Shown: positions 18,663-26,941 of the stretch, in pieces
How the letters are laid out: each line of letters opens with the position of its first letter
Position numbering within the stretch: position 1 is the stretch's first letter
Origin: an uncultured Candidatus Poseidoniales archaeon
Lineage (GTDB): Archaea > Thermoplasmatota > Poseidoniia > Poseidoniales > Thalassarchaeaceae
NCBI GenBank assembly: GCA_964608795.1
Contig: CAZSPJ010000002.1
Coordinates: forward strand, 1 to 33,292
Length of the DNA: 33,292 nt
Reading direction: 5' to 3'
Program-made: the position numbers and the translations under genes
Notes under the pieces: model-generated
Database searches by the model: none
Told to the model about the DNA's origin: nothing
Seen by the model: the letters and a program-made list of their open reading frames with translations, nothing else

Positions 18663-18929
18663 ATGGGGCATGTGGTTGTAAAGTACAAGGTCACTATCAA
18701 TCAGCCCGATGAGGGGAATCCGGACTACGACGGAATAGCGGGTCAGATAGACGGATTCGAAGAGGTACAGGCTGTCGAAATCAAGCCTCTGGCCTTCGGT
18801 ATGATGTTCATCGAGGTCCAAGCTGTCCTCGGAGAGGGCGAGGGCATCGTCGACGGCTTTGAGAACAGAGTCAGGGGAGTCAATCCGTTAGTGGGTCAGA
18901 TAGAGGCTCTCGAGATGGGTCGCCTCTGA
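18663..18929 (+). CDS. ef1b: Translation elongation factor aEF-1beta
   Basis: 88-aa ORF of the right size and pattern for archaeal EF-1beta: MGxVVxxxKV, then a central PLAFGxxxIEVQAV beta-strand block, then a C-terminal xVExLEMxRL. GAGGAGG lies 7 nt upstream of the ATG. Confidence 0.85.
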   Translation: MGHVVVKYKVTINQPDEGNPDYDGIAGQIDGFEEVQAVEIKPLAFGMMFIEVQAVLGEGEGIVDGFENRVRGVNPLVGQIEALEMGRL

Positions 18930-18930
18930 T

Positions 18931-20328
18931 TCAGTAGTGGTCCAACGGGGACTTCATCAGTTCACGCATGAGCACTGTGGCATAGGTTCCCGGCGGCAGT
19001 TCGAACTTCATTCTGAGGCTGGAGCCATCGGGGTGCCACAGGTCTGCCCCAGACGGACCCCTCTCCCACTTCTCTGATTCCGAGGAGTCTGGGAGTTCGG
19101 GGGCCTCCTCGACCGAGAACGAGCGGAAGGGGACCGCTAGGGGTCGGCGCGTCCCTGATGAGGAGAGGCGTGGAATCCTCGTAACGTTCCAATCCGCATC
19201 CGCCAGCCCCGTAATCCCGAGTGCTTGGATTTCGATCTCACCGGGCTGTCCCTGTGCGAAGTCTGCGCTCCCTCCGGGCAGTGGTCCGGTCACTGCCAAT
19301 CTGCCCAATCTACAGTTCCGCCGGCACCTCTCTAGATTCGACTCACTGACGAGCGCCATCTTGGAAACATCTATTCTCCCGTTGGACTGCATTGGGGCGA
19401 CAAGGTCGCCCAATTCCGGCTCGACGAGTGAGAGCCCGGATGACAGCCGGCCGGCCAGTGTGTGATTGAAGGTCAACGACTGCAGAGAGTGTATGGTCAG
19501 CAGCTGAAGAGAATGCGGCAGGCTCTTGTAAGCGCCCAGCCAGTCCTCGGGATTTTTCAACAGTCTCTCGAGTATCCCCCTCTCGTAGCCCAGATGCCCG
19601 GGTATGATTTCCAAGCAGCCCTTGGGGTCTCCGGTATCGCGCCACATGGTCCGGAACGCTGCCACGTCCTCGGTCGAGTTGTGCCCTGCCATCCCGAGAT
19701 ACAGGTCGCAGGCCATCTTGTAGTCGTCCTCAATCACCGCCCTTCCCACCTCGGGAGTGACGGGCCTCGTAGCGCCGAACCTTTGAGGGCCAATCCAATT
19801 GGGGAAGGCGTCAGCGCCCATCCTCTCGGACATGCTGGACTGCATCACCCTGACTCTCCTCATAGCCTCCTTGCCGTCGATTGGACTGCCGTCCGAGTCG
19901 CAGCATCCACGGACCGTTATGGTGAACCTGTTCCCGTCGTGGTCACTCATCCCAATCTTCTGATGAGTCCTGCCGAGGACCTCGATCACTGAGTCGTTAA
20001 TCTCAACCTGTTCCACCTTGGACTGCGGGGCATCGACGACTAGAATCTGTGTCGTCACGGCGCGCTTGTCCTTCATACCCGATGAGAATATCCTCTTCCG
20101 GCTGATTCTGCAGGCCTTCGCCAAACGGTTGAGGTAGCGGTTGGTCTCCCAGTTGTGCAGAGTGGCGCGCACGACTGTGAACCTGCCCTTGGGGTCGAGC
20201 GCTGGGACCCGCGCAATCTCCTCGACCCTGAAGTCCTCCACTCTGACCTTCAGAACGCCGCCAGTTCCTTCGCCTTCAGAAGACCAGTCGGTCAGTCCCA
20301 GATGCTCCTCGACAGAGCTGATGGTCAA
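18931..20328 (-). CDS. truD: tRNA pseudouridine synthase D (TruD/Pus7 family)
   Basis: Catalytic motif SSGMKDKRAVTTQ (GxKDxxAxTxQ) and N-terminal LGL..W...G.GG.LKVRVEDFRVEE, as in TruD. The ORF-track N-terminus (to 20577) lies out of frame over rpoL. There is no ATG between rpoL's stop and the conserved N-terminal block. The most plausible start is TTG at 20328-20326, preceded by GGTGAGGG. The start is uncertain. Confidence 0.8.
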   Translation of the reverse strand: MTISSVEEHLGLTDWSSEGEGTGGVLKVRVEDFRVEEIARVPALDPKGRFTVVRATLHNWETNRYLNRLAKACRISRKRIFSSGMKDKRAVTTQILVVDAPQSKVEQVEINDSVIEVLGRTHQKIGMSDHDGNRFTITVRGCCDSDGSPIDGKEAMRRVRVMQSSMSERMGADAFPNWIGPQRFGATRPVTPEVGRAVIEDDYKMACDLYLGMAGHNSTEDVAAFRTMWRDTGDPKGCLEIIPGHLGYERGILERLLKNPEDWLGAYKSLPHSLQLLTIHSLQSLTFNHTLAGRLSSGLSLVEPELGDLVAPMQSNGRIDVSKMALVSESNLERCRRNCRLGRLAVTGPLPGGSADFAQGQPGEIEIQALGITGLADADWNVTRIPRLSSSGTRRPLAVPFRSFSVEEAPELPDSSESEKWERGPSGADLWHPDGSSLRMKFELPPGTYATVLMRELMKSPLDHY

Positions 20329-20341
20329 ACCCTCACCGCCT

Positions 20342-20599
20342 TCACAGCTTGAGCTTCGAGAGATCCTTTGAGATACCAGAGCACAGGCTCTTGAACACCT
20401 TCTCGGCACTCTTGCCCTTGACGGTCCTGACGTACAACTCCGGCTCGTCGAGGTCAGGGTGATTCTGGAAGTAGTTTGAGTACTCGACATCCTTGCTGTC
20501 GTTGAGCCTAGAGCGGAACAACTGCAGGGTCGTGTGACTCTCCCCCACCATTCGCAGCCGTAGTTCGCGACCTTCATTCAGGAGTACCTTGATTGGCAT
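20342..20599 (-). CDS. rpoL: DNA-directed RNA polymerase subunit L (Rpo11)
   Basis: 85-aa ORF. Blocks LRMVGESHTTLQLF (GE[DS]HT) and YFQNHPDLDEPELYV (Y..HP) match the archaeal RpoL / eukaryotic RPB11 fold signature. Confidence 0.85.
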   Translation of the reverse strand: MPIKVLLNEGRELRLRMVGESHTTLQLFRSRLNDSKDVEYSNYFQNHPDLDEPELYVRTVKGKSAEKVFKSLCSGISKDLSKLKL

Positions 20600-20644
20600 G
20601 ACAGCCGCCCGACCGGCCCCTCCCTTTTGAGGGCTTTCATAATC

Positions 20645-23305
20645 ATGTTGGACCCCCTAGGGTCCAAGCAGAGCCTAAGTTATACATGGGGTGGTTTTGG
20701 CCGCGGCAAGGCGAATGGGGACTCGGTCTCTGAGCCTCTAGTCAGGGCATTTGAGAAATCCGCCCTCCCGATAGTGGTGCTGAGCGTCCTATTCACAGCT
20801 GCGATGGCGCAGGTCCTGCTGGAGTTCCCAGGCTTCACCACCGACATAGCCTCTTTTGCTCCCGAAGCAGAGTCGGATGCCGCCGAGGACAGGATAGACG
20901 GAGTCATGCAGGCCTCGCCCCATATGATTTACATCAATGTCGAGCCTTACGACCGGGCAACTGACGGAGCCAACTCGTGCGAGGATTCATCCTGCAACGT
21001 CCTTGAGATCGCTGCGCTACAGCAACTATCTGATGACTTGGACATGATTGAGGGCTTCTCACAGGCCAATCACGGATTCATCGTAGCCCACATCAATGCC
21101 GCTGGAATGCTAGAGACTGCACTTGAGGAGAGGGACGAGCAGGGCCGCAGCCTAGACGACTTCGCCGACTGGGAGGGTCTGCTCGGCGCGGTGAGCGAGG
21201 GTGAGAAGTGCTCGGATGCGATAGGCAACGACCAAGCCATCGCCTCCGCTTCCTTCGCTGCGTCGGCTATGCTTCATCGGGACTTGGACTACGCCCCTGT
21301 CTGCGAGTGGCTGGACAGTGGCGAGGGAGACCCGACACCGTCAGCGTCGAGCACCATGTGGGTTATTGAGATCAGTGGGGAAATCAGTGATGACGAGCGA
21401 CGCGAGAAGACCTCTATGATCAGGACCATGCTGACAGCGAAGCATCCTCTGGGGGAAAGTTCCTCGCTACAGTACGGGGTCATCTCTGACGACCTAATCA
21501 GTCACGACATAAACCAGTCGACAATGGGCAATCTGGTCTGGCTGCTGCTCATCGCAGTGATGGTGGTGGTGGCCCTCCTAGCTATCGCCTTTCGCTCCTT
21601 CATGATGGTGGCAGCTCCCCTTCTCGGACTGTCTGCAGCTCTGGTCTGGACCTATGGCATCGTAACTCTGCTCGGTATGCGGTTGTCAGTCCTCGAGGTT
21701 GCTGTGGCCCCAGTTGTGCTCGGTTTGGGAATCGACTACTCGATTCATATGCAGCGAGGCTACGAATTCGCTAAGAAGCGCTCAGTGAGCGCGGCCAGAG
21801 CGTGGGTCGAATCGTTCTCCGTGCTGCGGCTCGCCCTGTCTCTGGCAGTGGTGACCACGGTATTCGCCTTCCTCGCCAACCTGTCATCTGAACTGCCTCC
21901 CCTCCGGACTTTCGGGTTCACCCTCGCCCTAGGGGTAGTGTCGGCCTTCGCAGCCAGTACCATCACTGTCGGAGCAGTGCACATAGTGGTCGAGAAGAGC
22001 GCAGGGGAGATGCGTCACAGGGGCCTCCGGATGGACAGGTCAGCGGACCTCGCTACCCGGTTCCAAAGGAGGAACACCGCGAGGGTCCTGCTCATAGTGG
22101 CAATGATCACCATGGGCTCCGTCATTGTGGCGATAAGAGAATTGGACACCAGTTTCGAACTGACTGACTTCCTCTCCGAGGAGGGGATGGAGGTCATGGA
22201 GGTGAGGAACGACATCTACGATTCTTACGACGCTGCGGCCTGGAAGACGGTAGTCATACTCGTCGAGCCGGCGAGCGGGGATGAAGCCTTGACTGGAGAA
22301 AGGGATCTGATGAAGGGGCTGGGATTCTTCGATAGCAGAATCTCCGGTCTACCTGAAGTCGTCAATCCAACCAATACTGGGACCCAGCGTCCTTCCTACG
22401 ACGGGCTCTACCCAATTCTGAGGGATGCTATCGAGAACGACCCGTCGCTGGGCGAATCTTTCCACATGGGAATCTTCGACGGTCAACTGGGTGTCGCCGA
22501 CGGATTCGGAGAGGGTGATCTGACAGCTGCTGTCACAACGCTGCTGGGCAACGACTCGGTGGGCGATGCCCTGAGAGGACATACATGGGCCGAGAGGACC
22601 GCGATGCACGTGGCTCTGACCGAGGACGGGGGGTCAATCAAGTTCCTCAAAATGCGGGTTGACGTGCTGGTCAAGACCAGTGAGGAGGCTCAGGAAGTGG
22701 CAGAGGTCTTCGTGAAGCAGGCCCAACTGCTAGAGGATGATGGCCTGATAGGTGGCGAGGTCTACATCACAGGGGACGTCGTGGTCCTGAACAACGTACT
22801 CTCAGGGCTAGTGCTTTCGCAGGTCGAATCGACGGCCATCAGCCTGTTCGTGTCGATGCTGGTGCTGGTGCTGCTGACTAGGAGGCTGGGGCAGTCACTG
22901 GTCGTGATTCTGCCCGTCGGCCTCGCCGGAGCCTGGGTCGTCGGTGCGATGGCGATGCTCGGGATTAACTGGAACGTCCTGACTATCATGATTACCGCCC
23001 TGACCATCGGACTCGGCATCGACTACTCGATTCACGTCTGGAGGAGGATAGAGGCCAACAGAAACTCAGGCATGGGGACTTGGGAGGCAATGCGGGACAT
23101 GTACTCGACCACGGGGACTGCGTTGCTACTCTCAGCGGGAACCACGATCTGCGGTTTCATGGTGCTGCTGCTGTCACCCATCCCAGTCATCCAAGACTTC
23201 GGCATTGTTAGCTCGATATCCGTGCTGTTCTCGTTGGTGATGGCACTGCTGGTCCTGCCCGGTCTGCTGGCCGCCGAATTCCGCACCTCTGGCGACTATG
23301 CCTGA
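20645..23305 (+). CDS. RND-superfamily exporter, COG1033/MMPL type (paralogue of 11600..14692)
   Basis: The ORF track starts at TTG 20627, and the first ATG is 20645. There are two six-helix bundles with GLGIDYSIHMQRG and GLGIDYSIHVWRR (Asp-Tyr in both bundles) and two large soluble loops. Confidence 0.85.
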   Translation: MLDPLGSKQSLSYTWGGFGRGKANGDSVSEPLVRAFEKSALPIVVLSVLFTAAMAQVLLEFPGFTTDIASFAPEAESDAAEDRIDGVMQASPHMIYINVEPYDRATDGANSCEDSSCNVLEIAALQQLSDDLDMIEGFSQANHGFIVAHINAAGMLETALEERDEQGRSLDDFADWEGLLGAVSEGEKCSDAIGNDQAIASASFAASAMLHRDLDYAPVCEWLDSGEGDPTPSASSTMWVIEISGEISDDERREKTSMIRTMLTAKHPLGESSSLQYGVISDDLISHDINQSTMGNLVWLLLIAVMVVVALLAIAFRSFMMVAAPLLGLSAALVWTYGIVTLLGMRLSVLEVAVAPVVLGLGIDYSIHMQRGYEFAKKRSVSAARAWVESFSVLRLALSLAVVTTVFAFLANLSSELPPLRTFGFTLALGVVSAFAASTITVGAVHIVVEKSAGEMRHRGLRMDRSADLATRFQRRNTARVLLIVAMITMGSVIVAIRELDTSFELTDFLSEEGMEVMEVRNDIYDSYDAAAWKTVVILVEPASGDEALTGERDLMKGLGFFDSRISGLPEVVNPTNTGTQRPSYDGLYPILRDAIENDPSLGESFHMGIFDGQLGVADGFGEGDLTAAVTTLLGNDSVGDALRGHTWAERTAMHVALTEDGGSIKFLKMRVDVLVKTSEEAQEVAEVFVKQAQLLEDDGLIGGEVYITGDVVVLNNVLSGLVLSQVESTAISLFVSMLVLVLLTRRLGQSLVVILPVGLAGAWVVGAMAMLGINWNVLTIMITALTIGLGIDYSIHVWRRIEANRNSGMGTWEAMRDMYSTTGTALLLSAGTTICGFMVLLLSPIPVIQDFGIVSSISVLFSLVMALLVLPGLLAAEFRTSGDYA

Positions 23306-23893
23306 TTAAGCCTCAATCACGGTGGTCACTTCGTGCATGTCAAGACCTTGTTCCCTAGCCACCAGCGCCAGTGCCATCCACAGCGTCACAGGACCCAGTG
23401 CGCGACGCTTCCTCTGGGCTTTTCGCATCACCTCCTTGTTCTCAAGTGCTGACTTGTCGGCGATGATTCCGATGAGCAGTGGTATCGAGCCCTCGGCTCT
23501 GTCGGGAGGTAGGTTGCTAGGGGTCGGGTCCGAGACCCGTGGCATGGGCTTGGATTCGGTTGGGGCCCTCGTCACCTCAGATATAGGAGCAGGTGGCTCT
23601 TGCGGTATCTCGTACTCAGGGACACCCAGTAACCTGCGAGGAACAGGTCGCCAACCCAGTTGAGGTCGAGTGAGTTCGAGACCAATTGCGGGGCCGAGCC
23701 CGCCTTCTGACTCGGTCAGCCAGCCCCTCTCGCACAGGGCACTTACTATCCGATCCGCATCCTCAGGAGTAAACCACTGCAGTTCCAGAGACCAGATGCG
23801 CGACAGCTCGCCGCGTGAAGCTGTCCCTCCGGACAGCCCCTCTAGACTGATGTGGAGCAGGTGGCAGACATCCTGCTGATGGCCCTTCTCCAT
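23306..23893 (-). CDS. Hypothetical two-domain protein (DUF2240-like by recollection): helical N-domain, Pro-rich linker, helical C-domain
   Basis: The start is taken at ATG 23893 (MEKGHQQDV...). The ORF-track extension to 24028 overlaps the divergent HEAT gene's start region. The N-domain is LELQWFTPEDADRIVSALCERGWL. The linker is PEYEIPQEPPAPISEVTRAPTESKPMPRVSDPTPSNLPP. The C-domain is NKEVMRKAQRKRRALGPVTLWMALALVAREQGLDMHEV. The family assignment is from memory only. Confidence 0.5.
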   Translation of the reverse strand: MEKGHQQDVCHLLHISLEGLSGGTASRGELSRIWSLELQWFTPEDADRIVSALCERGWLTESEGGLGPAIGLELTRPQLGWRPVPRRLLGVPEYEIPQEPPAPISEVTRAPTESKPMPRVSDPTPSNLPPDRAEGSIPLLIGIIADKSALENKEVMRKAQRKRRALGPVTLWMALALVAREQGLDMHEVTTVIEA

Positions 23894-24006
23894 GCTTCCC
23901 CGGGGACGCATCAGGAGGAGGGAGCCGCTTGATGCTTGCCTAGTTTGGAGCGAACAGAAAAGCACTCCATTCAAGAGAGGTGGCGGCATGCGCGGGCCGA
24001 GGCAAC

Positions 24007-25218
24007 ATGGCGAGGGATTACATCGCACGCGACCCGCGTACTGGGAAGGCGATAAGACGCAGGGGTACCGAAGTTGATGTGGACATCCGGGGGCTGCTGC
24101 CTCCGGCCGGCACGTGGCAGAGGATTCCCGCGCATGAGATTCTGCCTCTAGCGCGCGGTGATTCGGACGGGCTTCAACTAACTCGTGGCCAAGGAGGGGG
24201 CTTCGCTAGGAGAGTCGATGCGATTCATGCCCTGCATCGAGTGATGCAGAGTCAAATCGATGATGCTCATGGGGTCCTGCTTGATATTCTAGATGATGAT
24301 GAAAGTGGCAACAGAGTAGCTGCTCTGAGGGTCCTTCCCGTTTTCGCTCTAAAGAAGCACGATGGTCTGCTGCAGTGCCTATCGGACAGATTGCTCGACG
24401 AAGACCCTCAAGTCGAGGACGCTGCTCGCGTCTGTCTGCTGAAGGTTGCTCCGGTCTTCCCCTCGGGCTGCGAGGAGATACTGAGACGGGAGTTGCGCAA
24501 TCAGAGGCAAGATTGTAGGGCTAACGCCTTTGAAGCACTGCGCCTGACAGCAGAGAGCTGGCCGGAGGCAGGCTGCCTGCACCTCGACGAACTGATTCGC
24601 GAGGAGGACAGAGACCTGCGTAGGCGTGGCTCGAAGATTCTACGTACCATCGCTTCCAAGGCGGGAGCTACCGGATGGGACTTGATAGGGTGGTCCCTGG
24701 AGGACGAGGATGCTCTAGTAAGGAGGAATGCTTCCAACACGCTCATAACACTCGCCAACAATGAACCCGGCATAGCCACCATTTTCATCGAATCGGCGAT
24801 GCTTGACGAAGACGATGGGGTCAGGAAGTCCGTCATCAGGGCGCTCAAGAAACTGGACATGCAGAACCCTCGTGTCAACAAGATGGTGATCGACGGTGCC
24901 AGAAGCAGGGACTACAACCTGCGCAAGGCCTGTATTGAACACCTCCCGATAATTATGAGCGGTGGGGCATTGAGGGACGCGGCTTCCGAGTTGCTCAAAC
25001 AGGAAACTCGCCCAGAACTGCGGAAGAAACTAAGCGCTTTTTCCATAGATTTGGAGATAGAGGGAACTGAGGACGAGAAGAATCGCTTCCTAGCCCCCCT
25101 AGAGAGAGTAGATCCCCTTCCTGAGGAGATGGAAGCACCGCGTAGCGGTGATTCACCTACTGAGGGTGAACATGATAAACAGCAGTCAGGTCGGCCGCAC
25201 AGCGAGGACCCGGTATGA
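24007..25218 (+). CDS. HEAT-repeat (PBS-lyase-type HEAT-like) protein
   Basis: The start is taken at ATG 24007. Recurrent helix-turn-helix repeats begin with acidic caps followed by V/L-R: DEDPQVEDAARVCLLKV, EEDRDLRRRGSKILRTI, DEDALVRRNASNTLITL, DEDDGVRKSVIRALKKL, SRDYNLRKACIEHL. The C-terminal tail is acidic and low-complexity. Confidence 0.7.
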   Translation: MARDYIARDPRTGKAIRRRGTEVDVDIRGLLPPAGTWQRIPAHEILPLARGDSDGLQLTRGQGGGFARRVDAIHALHRVMQSQIDDAHGVLLDILDDDESGNRVAALRVLPVFALKKHDGLLQCLSDRLLDEDPQVEDAARVCLLKVAPVFPSGCEEILRRELRNQRQDCRANAFEALRLTAESWPEAGCLHLDELIREEDRDLRRRGSKILRTIASKAGATGWDLIGWSLEDEDALVRRNASNTLITLANNEPGIATIFIESAMLDEDDGVRKSVIRALKKLDMQNPRVNKMVIDGARSRDYNLRKACIEHLPIIMSGGALRDAASELLKQETRPELRKKLSAFSIDLEIEGTEDEKNRFLAPLERVDPLPEEMEAPRSGDSPTEGEHDKQQSGRPHSEDPV

Positions 25219-25499
25219 GCGAGGAGTTTGATGACAAGCTTGAGCGTTTCGAGCGCCTTTGGGACGGTGTGACACCCAAAGGCATCAACCGGAGCAAGTC
25301 GATAAAGTTCAGACAGTACATGCGCCAGCACGTCCTGCAGAAGTTCCACAAGAAGAGGAAGGACCAGTGGGCGTCTGCCGACAAGGGACATTTCAACCAC
25401 AATTTTTCGAGCAAGGATCAGTTCCTCACGAAGCAGAACTGCCGCAAGTACTGGATGGGTGAGCTGCAGAAGGAAATCCGCGATTCGGAAACCTTCTGA
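25215..25499 (+). CDS. Small basic hypothetical protein (94 aa), translationally coupled to the HEAT gene
   Basis: The ATG at 25215 overlaps the HEAT gene's stop (ATGA, 25215-25218). The protein is Lys/Arg/His-rich (KFRQYMRQHVLQKFHKKRKDQW) with an acidic N-terminus. I recognise no motif. Confidence 0.55.
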   Translation: MSEEFDDKLERFERLWDGVTPKGINRSKSIKFRQYMRQHVLQKFHKKRKDQWASADKGHFNHNFSSKDQFLTKQNCRKYWMGELQKEIRDSETF

Positions 25500-25508
25500 G
25501 GCGATACC

Positions 25509-26933
25509 ATGAATTCAGCAACAGTCGGTTTCGCGTCTTGGGACCTTCAGGCTCCGATTGCGAAGGCCGTAAAAGCGAATGGCTGGACAGAGCCGACCGA
25601 GATCCAGAGGGAGGCCATCCCTCTGGCGAGGCAGGGCTTGGATGTGGTAGGCCAAGCTAGGACCGGTTCGGGCAAGACCGGGGCATTCGGCATCCCAATC
25701 CTCGAGAAGTGCGCGCCTCAAGGCAATCCTCAGGCAATCGTGCTCTGTCCGACTAGGGAGCTGGCAGTGCAGGTGGCGGAGGAGATGGACTCGCTGCAGG
25801 GAGACAAAGGGCTGTCGATACAGACCGTCTACGGCGGCACAGATCTGGAGAAGCAGGCCAAGAGTCTCAAGCAGGGTGCCGACATAGTAGTCGGAACCCC
25901 CGGTCGGGTCATCGACATGACCAAGCGAGGGCATCTCGATCTAGAAGGGATTAGCCTGTTCTGCCTCGACGAGGCCGATCGGATGCTGGACATGGGATTC
26001 TTCCCTGACGTCCTCTGGATTTTCGAACAGACACCCAGCAGGGAGCAGACCCTGTTGTTCAGCGCGACCTTTCCTCAGGAGGTGCTGGACGCGGCGGACG
26101 AATTCATGTCGGACCCAATCCACGTGATGAGCGAAGACATGGAGGTCGAGATACCTGAGATTGAGCAATTCGCAATCCACATTGGCAGGGCGAACAAACT
26201 CTGGGCCCTCGGTCGCATCATTTGCCGAATGGACGAGGGCGATCAGATGCTCATATTCGCCAATACCAAGCGAATGGTCGATATCCTCTCAGAGAGGCTA
26301 GGCAAGTTCAGAATCAGGGCCATAGGGCTTCACGGCGACCTCGCCCAAAACAAGAGGGAGAAGATAATCGGGTCTTTCAAAGAAGGTCGGGAGAGCATAG
26401 TCGTCGCTACAGATGTAGCGGCACGCGGACTGGATGTGGATGGTATCACCCATGTCGTGAACTACGACCTCCCCGATGACACGGAATCCTACGTTCACAG
26501 GATAGGACGCACTGGCAGGATGGGCAGGAAAGGTGAGGCTTGGAGTTTTGTGACTCGCGAGGACCAGCCCCAGATCGAGAAGATAGCTTCGACATGGAAC
26601 ATGACCATCCCCGTCGTCGACGCACCACCGCTTCCAGACGGCGTTGAAAGAGACCCCGTCGGAAGGAGGGAGGACTGGGAAGAGGTGTCTGACGTCTTCG
26701 GTATGGTGACAATCAAGCTCTCAATAGGCAAGTCGGACTCCACCAAGTTGGCGCTGGCAGACTGGATAACCAAGCAGGCACGGGTTCCTGACATAGTAAT
26801 CGGAGAGATTTCCCAGAGTGATGATGAGACCGAGGTCGAGATACATGTCGAGAAGGTCGCCTACGTCATCGACGTTATCAAGGCCAGGGAATTCAACGGC
26901 AGGTCTCTGACCCCGACCATCGTGGATGCCTAG
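25509..26933 (+). CDS. DEAD-box ATP-dependent RNA helicase with C-terminal DbpA/YxiN-like RNA-binding domain
   Basis: All core motifs are present: Q (GWTEPTEIQ), I (GQARTGSGKT), Ia (PTRELA), Ib (TPGR), II (DEAD), III (SAT), V (ARGLD) and VI (HRIGRTGR). The C-terminal ~75 aa (nt ~26700-26930) is FGMVTIKLSIGKSDSTKLALADWITKQARVPDIVIGEISQSDDETEVEIH...FNGRSLT. This follows the DbpA-RBD pattern (G-K-basic...IG-I-i...s.vev). Confidence 0.9.
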   Translation: MNSATVGFASWDLQAPIAKAVKANGWTEPTEIQREAIPLARQGLDVVGQARTGSGKTGAFGIPILEKCAPQGNPQAIVLCPTRELAVQVAEEMDSLQGDKGLSIQTVYGGTDLEKQAKSLKQGADIVVGTPGRVIDMTKRGHLDLEGISLFCLDEADRMLDMGFFPDVLWIFEQTPSREQTLLFSATFPQEVLDAADEFMSDPIHVMSEDMEVEIPEIEQFAIHIGRANKLWALGRIICRMDEGDQMLIFANTKRMVDILSERLGKFRIRAIGLHGDLAQNKREKIIGSFKEGRESIVVATDVAARGLDVDGITHVVNYDLPDDTESYVHRIGRTGRMGRKGEAWSFVTREDQPQIEKIASTWNMTIPVVDAPPLPDGVERDPVGRREDWEEVSDVFGMVTIKLSIGKSDSTKLALADWITKQARVPDIVIGEISQSDDETEVEIHVEKVAYVIDVIKAREFNGRSLTPTIVDA

Positions 26934-26941
26934 GTGGAATC

